A DNA stretch of 54,488 nt, the filler included, from Sphacelaria rigidula (lineage: Eukaryota), in the NCBI GenBank assembly GCA_964200075.2. It is 3 parts of 3 records of this genome, joined end to end, with 100 filler letters (N's around TTAATTAATTAA, not from the genome) between each part and the next. Parts side by side here need not be neighbours in the genome. Positions count along the whole stretch, not along the records: positions 1 to 18,098 come from CAXNAA020000919.1; 2 more parts are not named here. One strand, written 5' to 3'. Position 1 is the stretch's first letter; every line of letters begins with the position of its first letter. The notes beneath the pieces are model-generated. The model saw nothing but the letters and a program-made list of their open reading frames with translations, had not been told where the DNA came from and made no database searches. Below are positions 1-11,350 of the stretch, in pieces. A program made the translations under genes and the position numbers.

Positions 1-73
1 AAATGACTAAGGCAAGCAACAAATGAGTACGCCCCCCCCCCTGCACCCACCTTATTTTCGCCATGAACGGCAG

Positions 74-242
74 GTCTCCTCCACAGCCGAACATGTACTC
101 GTCACCCACCCGGCAACTGGGGAGGCTATGATCGCATTCGAGATCGAGAATGGTGCTGGATTCACCGTGCTCAGCTACTTCCTGCCGAGCAGCGAAAGCT
201 CCAGTTCTAGTGAACATTCAGGACCGTACGAAGAGACTGAAG
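74..242 (+). CDS. PA-domain protein gene, first visible exon (5' part of the gene lies outside the contig)
   Basis: cag|GTC acceptor at 74, GAAG|gtaaaa donor; open frame VSSTAEHVLVTHPATGEAMIAFEIENGAGFTVLSYF...; ends in phase 1, matching the next exon. Confidence 0.7.
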
Positions 243-585
243 GTAAAAAATATTGTTCTTGTAGTAGTCACGGAACGGTCGACAGGCAGCGTCAGTCGCG
301 GGGTGGGTTGTGCTCATGATTTTGCGTGCCGTAGTCGTAAAGCCGTAGACCTCGTATCCCTACAAAGCCGGGACGGAGCACGGGTGGGAGATTGTATTGG
401 TCGAAGCGCGGCAAAAATCGGGAAGATACGGAATGCTCACGGAGAGCAAGCTTTTTATACTCAATCTTCGTCTTCTACTACTGTTTATCTGAATACGGCC
501 GATGTGGGGCGCATGGTTGTTCATCAGGGGGGGGGGGATTTTCAAGCAAAGTATGAGGCTGCTGAATGACTTGCACGTACCTGAC

Positions 586-1090
586 GCCAGTCGCCCCGGT
601 GGCTCAGTTGGTAACCTCGAAACCTTCTGACGGTTGGGTCGTGGGATCGAATCTCGGAGCAATCTGAGATTGTTTTTGTCATATAAAGCCCTACAGTGGA
701 GAGCGACTATGTCGTGGGTACACAAAATTTGACTTACCCCTTTGGGAACTAAAGTGCTCATTTTTGTTTTTGTGGATGTTTGTGAATCGGCATCATTATT
801 ACCTGAAAATGACTGAAAATGATGTCGATTCACGAAAACAAAAGTAGCACTTCGTGGGGGGTCTAGTCCTCAAAAGGGTTGAGAGTCGACGAGGGACAGG
901 GACTGCTGAACCCCTCTCGTGCTGATGAAAATAAAGGGCAAACACCGCAAAATGAAGGTGGAGAACTAAAGCAAAGACAAGAAACAAAAACACTCCTGTG
1001 TTGGCCTTCCTCCTGTGTGACCCCGACTGGTGCGCCCACATGTACCGAAAGGTGTAGACCGGCGTCCAGAATAGATGAGGCGACAACACT
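586..1090 (+). mobile_element. tRNA-derived SINE family 1, interrupted by a MITE
   Basis: A-box tggctcagttgg and B-box-like ggatcgaatc; the body (…gtgaccccg.ctggtgcgcccacat.taccgaaaggtgtagaccggcgtccagaatagatg) recurs at 1671, 3588 (-), 39160 and 49463 (-). Confidence 0.8.
738..878. mobile_element. piggyBac-type foldback MITE nested in a SINE
   Basis: TIRs ccctttgggaacta / tagtcctcaaaaggg plus internal inverted segments; flanks ttac/ttga resemble TTAA; the uninterrupted SINE copy at 3837-3842 has TTAA at this site. Confidence 0.65.
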
Positions 1091-1259
1091 TGACATTTTC
1101 CCCACGAGAGAAGGATTGAAATTTACCGCTGGTGTGGTGTCGCTGTTGCTAGACACACTTCTAATGCTTGGGTACAGGCAGACGTGAGACACATCGCCAA
1201 ATACCTGAAAACGCAAGTCTTTCTAGAGGCATCGTAACTTGCCTTCCGATGCAGACTTC

Positions 1260-3245
1260 CAAGGGCAGGTCGAGTTGAGTATACTCAAGACTCAGTATTT
1301 TCGAAGAGTCAAACTTTTAGTGCTCAATTTTTGAGTACAGAAGTTGAGGCCGTACTCAATCTACTCAACATTTGAGTAGAGGATGTGAGATCATACTCAA
1401 TCTACCCAAACATTGAGTAGAGTATTGAGGTCATACCCAAGTGATACTCCATACTCAAGTATCACTGAGAGGGCTTGCTCAATATTTGAGTGGAGTATCG
1501 GAGGTCGTACTCAATCTACTCAACATTTGAGTAGAGTATTTGAGGCCGTACTCGACCTGCTCAGAAATTGAGATGAAGATTGAGGTCATACCCAAGTGGT
1601 ACTCTATTATCATGTATTACTGAGAGTGCTTACTCAATATTTGAGAAGAGTATTGGAGGTCGTACTCAATAGCCGGTCGCCCTGGTGGCTTAGTTGGTAA
1701 CCTCGAAACGCTCTGACAGTTGGGTCGTGGGTTCAATTCCAGGAGCGATCTGGGATTTTTTCTCACACAATGCCCAACAGTGGAGAGCGACGATGTCGTG
1801 GGTACACAAAATTCGACTCGACGGTCGACGAGGGAAAGGGTCTGCTACACCCCTTTCGCGATAAAAAAGAAAGACAAGCATCGCAGAAGAAAGGTGGGGT
1901 CCTAAAAAAAAAAAGAAGCTCCTGTGTCGACCTTCCTCCAGTGTGACCCCGGCTGGTGCGCTCACATATACCGCAAGGTGTAGACCGGCACCCAGAATAG
2001 ATGGGACGACAAGACACACAACACAACACACCCAATCTACTCAAAATTTGAGTAAAGTATTTGAGGCCGTACTCGACCTACTCAAAAATTTAGTTTAGTA
2101 CTTGAGGTCATATTCAATCTACTCAAAATTTGAGTAGAGTATTTGAGGCCGTACTCGACGTGCTCAAAAGTTGAGTTTAGTACTTGAGGCCATATTCAAT
2201 CTACTCAAAATTGAAGTAGAGTATTCGATGTCATACCCAATGTACCCGAAAGTCGGGTAGAGTATCTGAGGCCGGCCCCGATGTATCACCGCTGACTCTC
2301 CCATGGAGGAGTCACATGCGCGGCCAGTACAGTCGCTCATTTTGATATCACCTACCCGACTACCCGTCTACTCGATTACTCAACGATGATGAGTAGCGCT
2401 CTGTACTGAAAGTGGTATCGAAGAGGTTGAGAGGTATCTAGTATGTACTGCCATGGGTGGGGCCAGGTGAGCTGGGGCAGGTAAGTTCATTCACCTGCAC
2501 GCTTTTTTTTGTTTTTTTATGGCCATCATTCGCTCATACTCACTCTAGCCCGTGACGTACCGCCAATCATCTAATTTATGGCCATCGCTCGCCCATGTAT
2601 TCAACATAGTCTGTGAAGTGACGTCACGAAGTCGCCGACGGGCACTGTTACTTATCATACTCAAGTGATACTTTATACTCCAGTATTGCTGAGAGTGCTT
2701 ACTCGATATTTGAGTAGAGTATTTGAGGCCGTACTCGACGTGCTCAAAAATTGAGTCGAGGATTGAGGCCATACCCAAGTGATACTCTATACTCAAGCAT
2801 TACTATATACTCTATACTCAAGCATTACTGAGAGTACTGAGAGTGCTTAATCAATTTTTGAGTAGAGTAGTGCACGTCGTACTGAATCTACTCGAAATTT
2901 GAGTAGAGTATTTGAGGTCATACTGAACCTACTCAGAACTTGAGTAGAGTATTTGAGGCCGTACTCGACCCACTCAAAAATTGAGTAGAGTATTAAGGCC
3001 ATACCCAAGTGATACTCTATGCTCAAGTATCACTGAAAGTGCTTACTCAATAGTTGAGTAGAGTATTGTAGGTCGTACTCGATCCACTCAAATTTGAGTA
3101 GAGTACTTGAGGCCGTACTCGACCTAATCAAAATTTGAGTAGAGTATATGAGGCCGTACTCGACTTGTCAAAATTGGGGTTGAGTAAATACTATGGTATT
3201 TCACTCGAGTACTCAAAAGTACATACTCTACGCGACCTGCCCTTG
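1260..3245 (+). mobile_element. Non-autonomous hAT-type DNA transposon with long subterminal tandem arrays (copy 1)
   Basis: TIRs caagggcaggtcg / cgacctgcccttg; perfect 8-bp TSD cagacttc (1252-1259, 3246-3253); arrays of a ~41-bp unit containing the palindrome tactcaaaatttgagta. Confidence 0.9.
1671..2030 (+). mobile_element. SINE family 1, full length, nested in hAT copy 1
   Basis: tRNA-like head (tggcttagttgg…ggttcaattcc), (acaca)n tail, probable TSD actcaat/acccaat. Confidence 0.85.
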
Positions 3246-3303
3246 CAGACTTCACGCTAAACCACCTCACCATCCTCGTGGTTCGGAACGTATTCTGTCA
3301 CAG

Positions 3304-3434
3304 ATATGCGGTGCGGCAATGGAGAGAAGGAGGAGACAGGCGAGGAGGAGGAGAGGGGGCAAAGGGACTCTTCGCTGCCCCAACCATCGACTCGACAGTT
3401 GATCGATTTGAGAACCGTTGTCATGCGTCACCGG
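3304..3434 (+). CDS. PA-domain protein gene, exon 2 of those visible
   Basis: cacag|AT acceptor, CGG|gtatgg donor; phase 1 to 0; DMRCGNGEKEETGEEEERG...RTVVMRHR bridges the flanking exons in frame. Confidence 0.65.
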
Positions 3435-3585
3435 GTATGGATACGACACAGTAGACCGTAGAACGATTCTCTAGAATGATGTGAGTACCTTTGAGTGCTT
3501 CACGGTTCGAGCACACGTGTTGCGTCCACCAGCTTGTCTTTTGTCCATGTGCTGTTGTCAAGCTTTTTTTCTCTCTTGTCTTGTT

Positions 3586-3587
<2 letters not shown>

Positions 3588-3629
<42 letters not shown>

Positions 3630-3987
3630 CGTCGTGTTGTCATCCCATTTATTCTGGACGTCGGTCTACACCTTTCGGTATATGTGGGCGCACCAGCGGG
3701 GGCCACACAGGAGGAAGGCCAACACATTAGTTTTTTTTTTCTCTCTCGTTTGTTCTAGTTCTCCACCTTCCTTCTGCCGTGCTTTCCTTTATTTTTTATC
3801 GCTAGAGGGGTCCAGCAGCCCCTTTTCCTCGTTACCATTAAGCCGAATGTGTGTACCCACGACATAGTCGCTCTCCACTGTTGGGCATTGTGTGAGAACA
3901 AATCCCAGATGGCTCCGAGATTCGAACCCACGACCCAAGCGTCAGGAGGCTTCGAGGTTACCAACTGAGCCACCGGGGCGACCGGCT
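3588..3987 (-). mobile_element. SINE family 1, full length, reverse orientation, with (TAC)n tail
   Basis: Reverse complement has the gccggtcgccccggtggctcagttgg…gggttcgaatc head; the (gta)n run at ~3588-3629 is the tail. Confidence 0.85.
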
Positions 3988-4478
3988 TAGTAGTAGCATG
4001 CATGTGACGAACTAGTGCATGACGTCTAACGACGTACATGCCCTGACCGGTTGGTTGCCCCGCTTTCACACCGCAACGAGACAGCTCAGGTGCGAGATTC
4101 ACACCAAGCGCTGTGTTGCTCCCAGGGCCTACCTCGTTTCTCAGAGCAAGTATTGAAATGACAACCCCTGAGAGAACGACCGCGAACTACGGCTTCTATT
4201 TTCGCCATAGACTAGACTAGAGCGCAAGATTCCTTCGCCGCCACGTTCCCTCGGGGTGTAGCATTACGTATATAGCACACCACATACACAGCCCATGTGA
4301 TGCTGAGCACCAACGGGAACGCCACGCCCTGGCTCGCATTGCTCAGCGATATCTTATTACGAGATACCGCCTATGTCATCAGTATCCATCTTGGCAGAGA
4401 AACAGTAAAATTGTGGGATGTCGATTTCGCACACCACTTGTCGTACTTTTGGTGTACCACGAAGGAGGTTCCCCTGTT

Positions 4479-4686
4479 CCGTCAGATATTCCGGGCGGGC
4501 TCGATAAGGCACGAAGGATGGGTTTTATACCCCATCAATCAATACGTACATACATACATACAGACATACATATTTTCCGCGCGGGTCCGTCAGATTTTTC
4601 GGGCGGGCTTAATGAGGCACGAAGAAAGGGTTCGATACCCCATCGACTAGTATGTACATACATACATGCATACCTACATGCATACG
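4479..4686 (+). repeat. Tandem duplication of a ~105-bp unit ending in (TACA)n; probable retroposon 3' end
   Basis: ccgtcagat.ttc.gggcgggct..at.aggcacgaag.a.gggtt..ataccccatc occurs twice, each followed by tacatacata. Confidence 0.6.
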
Positions 4687-5070
4687 TGAGAAGTAAGCTT
4701 CGCTAGGGGTGAGGCAGTAGAGTTACGGGTCCCGAAGAAGAACGTTGTCGTACCCTGCTGCCGAAGGATCTCCAGAGCGAGGCGTAATTCTCTCTCTTGT
4801 CATTTAGGCAAGGATTTGGCCGTGACCGATGGTAGGCAAGAAGTACAACTGAGCGAGCTGGTACGGCAGTACCGGCAACGTTCAACCAGGATTCATGCCG
4901 TGACTCTTGTTATTTTGAGTTCTTATACCGGAGATCCCGTTGCCTAGGTTTGCTAAAAGATCCAATTTCACAGGTTTGAATGTTTCGAGTCCGCTCATGT
5001 GTGTCTCTGGCGGGCTCCGTTCCTGAGACTGTTTCTCCGGCCTACATGTGTATATGGATGTCATTACGCT

Positions 5071-5195
5071 CATACATACATACATACATACATACATACA
5101 TACATACATACATACATACATACATACATACATACATACATACACATACACACATACATACGTACATGCATACATGACATAACATAACATAACAT
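5071..5195. repeat. (TACA)n microsatellite
   Basis: Direct reading. Confidence 0.95.
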
Positions 5196-5270
5196 GGAAC
5201 GCTCTAACACCACTCAGTTATCCGGATGCCATCGCTGGACCGCAACCGCCAATCCCGTTACTCCTCTCAG

Positions 5271-5582
5271 CACCCCGGGATACACGTATACTGTACGATA
5301 TACCTTGCTGGAAAGGAGTATCCATGCATATCGGCGGCATTTAGCGCTCCTGGGAAAGTCTGGGCGGTTCCCCCCGTCACGGCACCACTAGCACTCCCGC
5401 CAATCAACGATCCGTTCGGCTGCGGGGAGGTTACTGGCGCGGGTGAGACGTCGCTGGCGGCGTCTGCTGTCGCGGGCAAAGGCGAAAAAGATTCTCGAGG
5501 GATAATTCAAGTTCGGGCTGATCGGTCATTAGCTGGATCGATCGCGATATTTCAGCGAGGAGAGTGCCCGTTCGAGCAGAAG
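5271..5582 (+). CDS. PA (protease-associated) domain exon; possibly the C-terminal part of an EDEM3-like GH47 mannosidase or a peptidase
   Basis: ctctcag|CAC and AAG|gttggc; encodes ...NDPFGC...LAGSIAIFQRGECPFEQK, the typical PA-domain I-x-x-x-x-RG-x-C-x-F-x-x-K signature. Confidence 0.85.
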
Positions 5583-6450
5583 GTTGGCACTGTCTGTTGT
5601 ACACCGCGTTCGGAGCCCAGCACCGTACTGCATAATGAATGCACATGTATCTGCAAAAATAGATGTGTATTCGTGTTGGTGTTTGCGCGTGTTTTTTTTT
5701 TATGGTGTCTATATATGTGTTGGGCCTTGTCTTGCAGTACGCCAATGATCTTACTTGAGTTTTTGTTCTAGTACGTCGTACACGCATGTGCGTGTGTGTG
5801 TGTGTACTGTCCGCATGTATTTTACACATCAGCGTATCTCCTGGGTACTTTTCGCTTTTCGTTAAGGAAGGGCGCGTCATGTCGTCGATTCCATTGCTAT
5901 CGCTGTGTGCCCGTCTACCGTCTGTTGTCTATCTGTATTGTATCGGACTCGGTTGCCGCCTCGGATGCGACTTTGTTTCCACGCGAGAAGGCCAGGTATC
6001 GCGAAGTCGTTTCTTTCTCGTGTTCTTCTCACTCGAAACGTGTTGCGTACGGGGGAGCAGCGCATCCCTGGTTGAAACCGGGGGGAAGTCGAAGCATAAT
6101 GAAACGCCAGCTGCTTTCTGACTTCGGCAGATGATTTCGTGCGATCCGCTCGTCCTCCCGACCGGCGAGGTCGTCGTCATTACTCTGCTCTCAGTTTCAT
6201 GTCCCGACCGTGTGTACTCCGAAAGATAGCTAGCTGTACGTGCCTACAAAAAACATTTATTTTTTATTTTTATATGGCAACAGCTTCCTGAACATGCTTT
6301 AAACGAAAGCTTCTTGCCTCTCAAACATGATTACTTCTTGTACTAGGATAACCCTGAGCTCGATCCAACATGATCTAGTGTGCGTTCTGAGTAACCCCCA
6401 TTCTGTCCACTGCGCCGTGATCCCCGTCTACGACCATAATACTCACGCAG

Positions 6451-6588
6451 GCGAAATTCGCGGAGGCTTCTGGCGCGGTGGGGTTGTTGGTGGTCAACCA
6501 CGAACCTGGCGGATGGATTTGGGTAATGCCGCCGGTTTTACAGGAGGAAAACGACGAGAAGGCCGCTGTCGCCATTCCGGTCGTAATG
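6451..6588 (+). CDS. PA-domain exon (continuation)
   Basis: cgcag|GCG and ATG|gtgagg; AKFAEASGAVGLLVVNHEPGG...VAIPVVM continues the PA motif (A-x-x-x-GA-x-x-x-x-x-x-N ... IP-x-x-x). Confidence 0.85.
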
Positions 6589-7304
6589 GTGAGGAATATT
6601 CTGGGTTGTCGCATGTACCGCCGGAGTTAGTGTGGACAACGACGCGGTGAAATTTACACAAGAGTGGGGAATGACACAGCCGACACGTGCGTGCGCAATC
6701 AGTGTTTGAGCATGCCGGCCGGTATTTTTCGCGCCGGAGTCGTCGACCCGTCTTGGGTCTGTCAGGCGGCGACCCCAGTATCGCCAACGGAAAGGAGAAA
6801 GTTGCTTCGCAGCGTGCCAAGTTCTGGGAAAAAACAGAGTTTACAGAATCAGACGTTTGATATTTTGCGTGCAGGGAAGCGCTCAACTTTTCGTACCTTG
6901 GACGTGTCGATATCATTTAGAAACTTGTGAGGAATTGGTGCTGGGATGCAGCGATATTTTGCCACTCAGTTGTATTGGGCACGTCGAATTTTGAACTGGT
7001 ACTATATATACAGATATATATATATATTGGAGCGCGTAGCGGGTACTCACATTGCCCGATATGTATGTATATATATATATGTATATATCAAACCAAGCAT
7101 GTTGCCCGAACAATATTCTCCGGAGGCATAGTGGGTATGAAGCACTGTACAGCCAAATATGCGACGGAACCTCGTTCGTCGCATTGTTCAGGTAGTACGT
7201 AGGCGGTGGCACAACGACGATTGCTACGACTACATTGTTCGGGTATTGTAGTGATCCAAAGGTTGGTTCGACATGTTACCCATGAGTACACGGCGTGCCT
7301 TGAA

Positions 7305-7679
7305 CATGCATGCACACATGCACACACATATATGTGTATATATACATAAATATACATGCAGGCATGCATACATACATACATACCGACATATGCATCCATA
7401 CATACACACATGCCGACACATACATGCCTGCATACATAATACCTACATACCTACATACATACATACATACATACATACATACATACATACATACATACAT
7501 ACATACATACATACATACATACATACATGCATATATACATACAAACAGAACAAACATGCATATATACATACATACCGACACATACATACATACACACATA
7601 TACCGACACGCACGTATACATATACATATGTACATACATAGATACATACATACGCATATCGACACACACGCATACATAT

Positions 7680-7725
<46 letters not shown>
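7305..7725. repeat. Compound (TACA)n/(CAGA)n microsatellite region
   Basis: Direct reading; it explains the YIHT/MYVC spurious ORFs. Confidence 0.95.
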
Positions 7726-7829
7726 GCATATCCCTGAAGCGCTGCGTTTACCCGATCGCATGAGGGTGTGCGGCCCGGTCGGTAACGTTGGTCAGAGGGT
7801 AAGTGCAATATCGTGTGCGACATTTGCCG

Positions 7830-8251
7830 CCGCACCTCGGTGACCTGATGGTCCGACGGTCACCCTTACGGTCGAGACAACCGGGTTATTTTCTTCGAAG
7901 TATCTGATTAACACCGTCGAAAGCGTGAGTACGCGAGTAAACAAGAATTAGTTGACTAGTTTGTTTGACTGGGGTTGACGCGGTGCGTGAGTGCTGATGG
8001 TCATGATCCAACCCGCGAGACAAAAATGCAAGGCCTGTGCCGGCGAGAGATAGGTCGATCTCTTGAAACCTCGGACTCGTCTCGAGGAAGGGGGGGGATT
8101 CAAAGTACGACAAAAAACAGTTGCATGCGGAAAGAGGGAGCGAGAGACTTGAGGGGCGGAGAAGCTCGGTATGGATCCATTCGCCATTGTCCCGCAAAAT
8201 AGCAAGGTGCCATATTTCTCAACTGGCTGTTCATCATATGTAGAACTCATA

Positions 8252-8284
<33 letters not shown>

Positions 8285-8285
8285 C
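7830..8285 (+). mobile_element. Interspersed repeat family 2 (probable tRNA-derived SINE) followed by a (GTT)n run
   Basis: Core gacgcggtgcg.gagtgctgatggtcatgatccaac…ggactcgtctcgagga recurs at 20870, 21200 and 40200; the 20690 copy has a tRNA-like head. Confidence 0.65.
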
Positions 8286-8659
8286 TTCACATAAAAAAGC
8301 CGTTCCGATATCTGCGCGGTATATTCGTACTGTGCATCTGATGCGGACGCCTTCCGTAGTCACAGGCTAGAAAGAAAAAAAAATAGACCCAGATTAAACC
8401 CACAAAACGCGATACAAGCAAAACAGGGATAAATAATGAAGAAGAAAGAGTACATATGGCTAACCTCAGAAGATCCGGTGCCGCAGGTGGCCATTCGGAC
8501 TTCAAGGGGTGGCACCCGGCTTTCCAACTCGACGCGCGACGCCAAGTAGAAATGAACACAGGGTCAGACTATGGGCGAGACTCAAGGCCTCAACTACCGC
8601 CAACCACCTCATATATATATATATATATATTTATTAGCCACTGCTTTCTGTATCATATC

Positions 8660-8780
8660 CACCGCGCCCCAGTGGTTCAATTGGTCCAACTTTGGAACCG
8701 ATTAGGGCGGAAGGTTGAGGGTTCGGCTCCGGGAAGCTGCAGTTTCTTTTATGAGAAGAATCTGGTTTGTGTTGTTTGAA
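8660..8780 (+). other. Decayed tRNA-like head (probable SINE remnant)
   Basis: A-box-like agtggttcaattgg and B-box-like ggttcggctcc; no intact cloverleaf. Confidence 0.35.
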
Positions 8781-11350
8781 ACGAGGGAGTGCGGGTAGCA
8801 CAGGAAAATAACTTGACAGCTTACACGGTGCTTGAAGGCTGATCCACTCTGCAAATTTCAAATTCTCGGGCATTTACCGGGGGAGAGACGGGCTGATGGT
8901 CTTCACACTGCGGACTCATCTCGTAGAGGATGACAGACACACACACAGACTCACACACGCGAATCTATGTAATCGATATCTTTTGAATCCTCGTTATCGA
9001 TATCTTTCATGTCTTTTGGCGGCTGGCAGTCCCAGACCGTGTACCAGCTTGCGCCGCACGTGCTTCCGATCAAATCGCTGCCTGCGGGGCCGGTGTGAGC
9101 TCTGCCAACGCACAGCTTGCCTCAGGCACCGTCTCTCTGCGACCCCGTCACCCGAGGGTTCTCGGTATGCTCCGGATCGGGAGTGGGGCTGGGGTTAGGG
9201 TCAAGGTTTGATAAGATTTATGGTAGTGTGCACCGGAAAAGTATATTGACATGATCAGCAGGTGGCTCAAAATACATACACGCTTGTACCTGGTTGCGCT
9301 GGCGTGATGCACGCGCTAAAGCAGTAGTACAAACAGTACTACGCCGAGTAAGCTTCTATATAATTTTCTTGTGAACTCAGAAACACAGCAACTCCGTTCG
9401 ATTTTTTGGCTGGTTACGTGGTGTTGAGGTGTTTGGTGGGTAACGCCGGCCCTGCTGCGACCTGCATATGTCGTCCGTGATGGCGCGCCGGATGATTGCG
9501 CCCTCAATCGCCCGAGTGATTACACGCTACACACTACGCACTTTACCAAAAACAAATATCCTCGTTAAGCAAAACCCCTCAGAGTGTGTGCCGGAACAGA
9601 AATATTACGTTTCGGAAGCTTTCAGCCATTATTCACATTTCTCTCATGATTCTGGCATGTTGATTTGACTCCTGCCCTGAGGTTCGGTACAGTTTACGCC
9701 AACCCTTGGAGTACGTTCCATATTCAAAAGGAACACTCGGCTTGATGCGTGAACTGCATCATTCAAAACCTTGCCATGCTATTCGAGGGTGTAAAAGACT
9801 GCCTATTTCAGGAGTTATTGCATCTGGAGGAATCGTGAAATATCTCTGGTCTGCGCAATCACCCTCCACTCGGCTCTGTGTTGGCCCGAGAGATAAATGT
9901 GTAGTATGTGCTCTGTTTGACCGTCATGAAAATTCTGTTCCATCAAACATGAGTGATCTACATTTTTTTTTTTGCCAAACTGTGTTTCATCAAATATGAA
10001 TGATGTACATTATTTACCGAGAAGGAAACCTTACGGTACTCCTCCAAAAACAGAGAAGTGCGCGTTCGTGGGGAAAATGAGCGACTCTTTGTTTGAAGGG
10101 CGGCACTGGAGAAACTATCGCCCCCCTGCGAGGTCAATGGTCATCCGACAGCGGCATGCAAGATCATGAGCACACACATCCCCTGCGAGCACAAACCCAC
10201 AAGCTCCCCAATTCCACTGCTTTTGTTAGCCATCCACGACAAGAGGTGAAGGGCAGGGGAGGTTGGCGCATGTGCGTTACCTGGTAGACCTCTTTTTGTT
10301 TTGCGCCATGGATACGTTTCGAACGAGCGCGGGCGGCCGTGGTTCCGATAGTACCGCTTACGATGGCGGTGGTGAATTGAGCAGTAGAGAGGGGGCGCGG
10401 AAGTTCGAACAGCAGAAGAGGCAGTGATGGCTCAGCAGGTAAGGGTGGCTTGTGTATTCGTCGTTGCAGGCAGCAGAGGCAACGAAGTCCCAAGAGCCAT
10501 CCGCGGCGGACGAGGCACGCGTGGAACTTCGTCCTCCCGAAGGGGTATCGATGCACGTTTCCATCCCCGTTCTCCTCCGTCGTCGAAAATGCCTTGGGGG
10601 TGTTATCGACCGTCATCACGACCTCCCCACGGAGGGTAATTCTCGAGTAAAGCAAGCACGGGTACTTCCGGGTTTGAGTTGTGGTGCTCTTGTATGGGGG
10701 GGATGTTATATTCCGTAGTCTTCAATTCCTTTGGGGGGTGTTATCGCCATTAGTTGAATTTACTCCTAGAATGGTTTTCCTCGTAGTAGAAAATGTTGTG
10801 GGGGAGTATAACGTTTAGCTCCCAGAAAACACAGATACGTTAGATGGGGCCATAGTCGTAAGACCCCGCACTTGAAGTTCTCCCGGATATATAGGGCAGC
10901 CGTTGTGCTTCACATACGCGCTTGGAGTAGGGTGGGGGATGCTGCTTAGACCCTAAAGGGCTCGATAAGTTTTCGACGTATGTTGATACTTCACATTAAA
11001 GGAAGCACATTTTCGAGTCTTCACAATACACGTTGGTGTGCGACCAAATTCACCAAACACGGTATCGGGCATGGTATGCCGGAGGTGTCAACCACCTGGT
11101 ATTATATTGACTGCCGCCGGCGAGTCTAGAAGTGCACTTCGCAGTGATTTCCGTATCATGTTCGATGTTATAAACGTATGGTACTTGTTGCACGTCGGCA
11201 TATCTTGTACCCGTCGATACATCCTTACATTGTACCCTAATATATTTTGCATGCACGGTATATCTCGCGGGCAACACATGTTGCCCCCTCCGGGTGTGAG
11301 GGAGACGGTACTCATGATACGCAGTGCGCTCATTTTTCATCGAATTCATC

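Noticed and set aside
586-670. Functional tRNA genes at SINE heads (also 1671, 3910-3987, 8660, 20690, 41365)
   Set aside because: No complete cloverleaf; most are attached to repeat bodies
1300-3200. CRISPR-like array of palindromic tactcaa…ttgagta repeats (also 11400-13040)
   Set aside because: Units are contiguous and degenerate, with no unique spacers and no cas genes; they lie between TIRs with 8-bp TSDs in a eukaryotic intron
7273-7843. Long YIHT/MYVC ORFs (also poly-V and poly-T ORFs at 36527-36968)
   Set aside because: Translations of microsatellites
10164-10815. Possible LTR/PPT remnant or ORF (gggggtgttat motifs)
   Set aside because: No second LTR, PBS or RT/integrase motif seen
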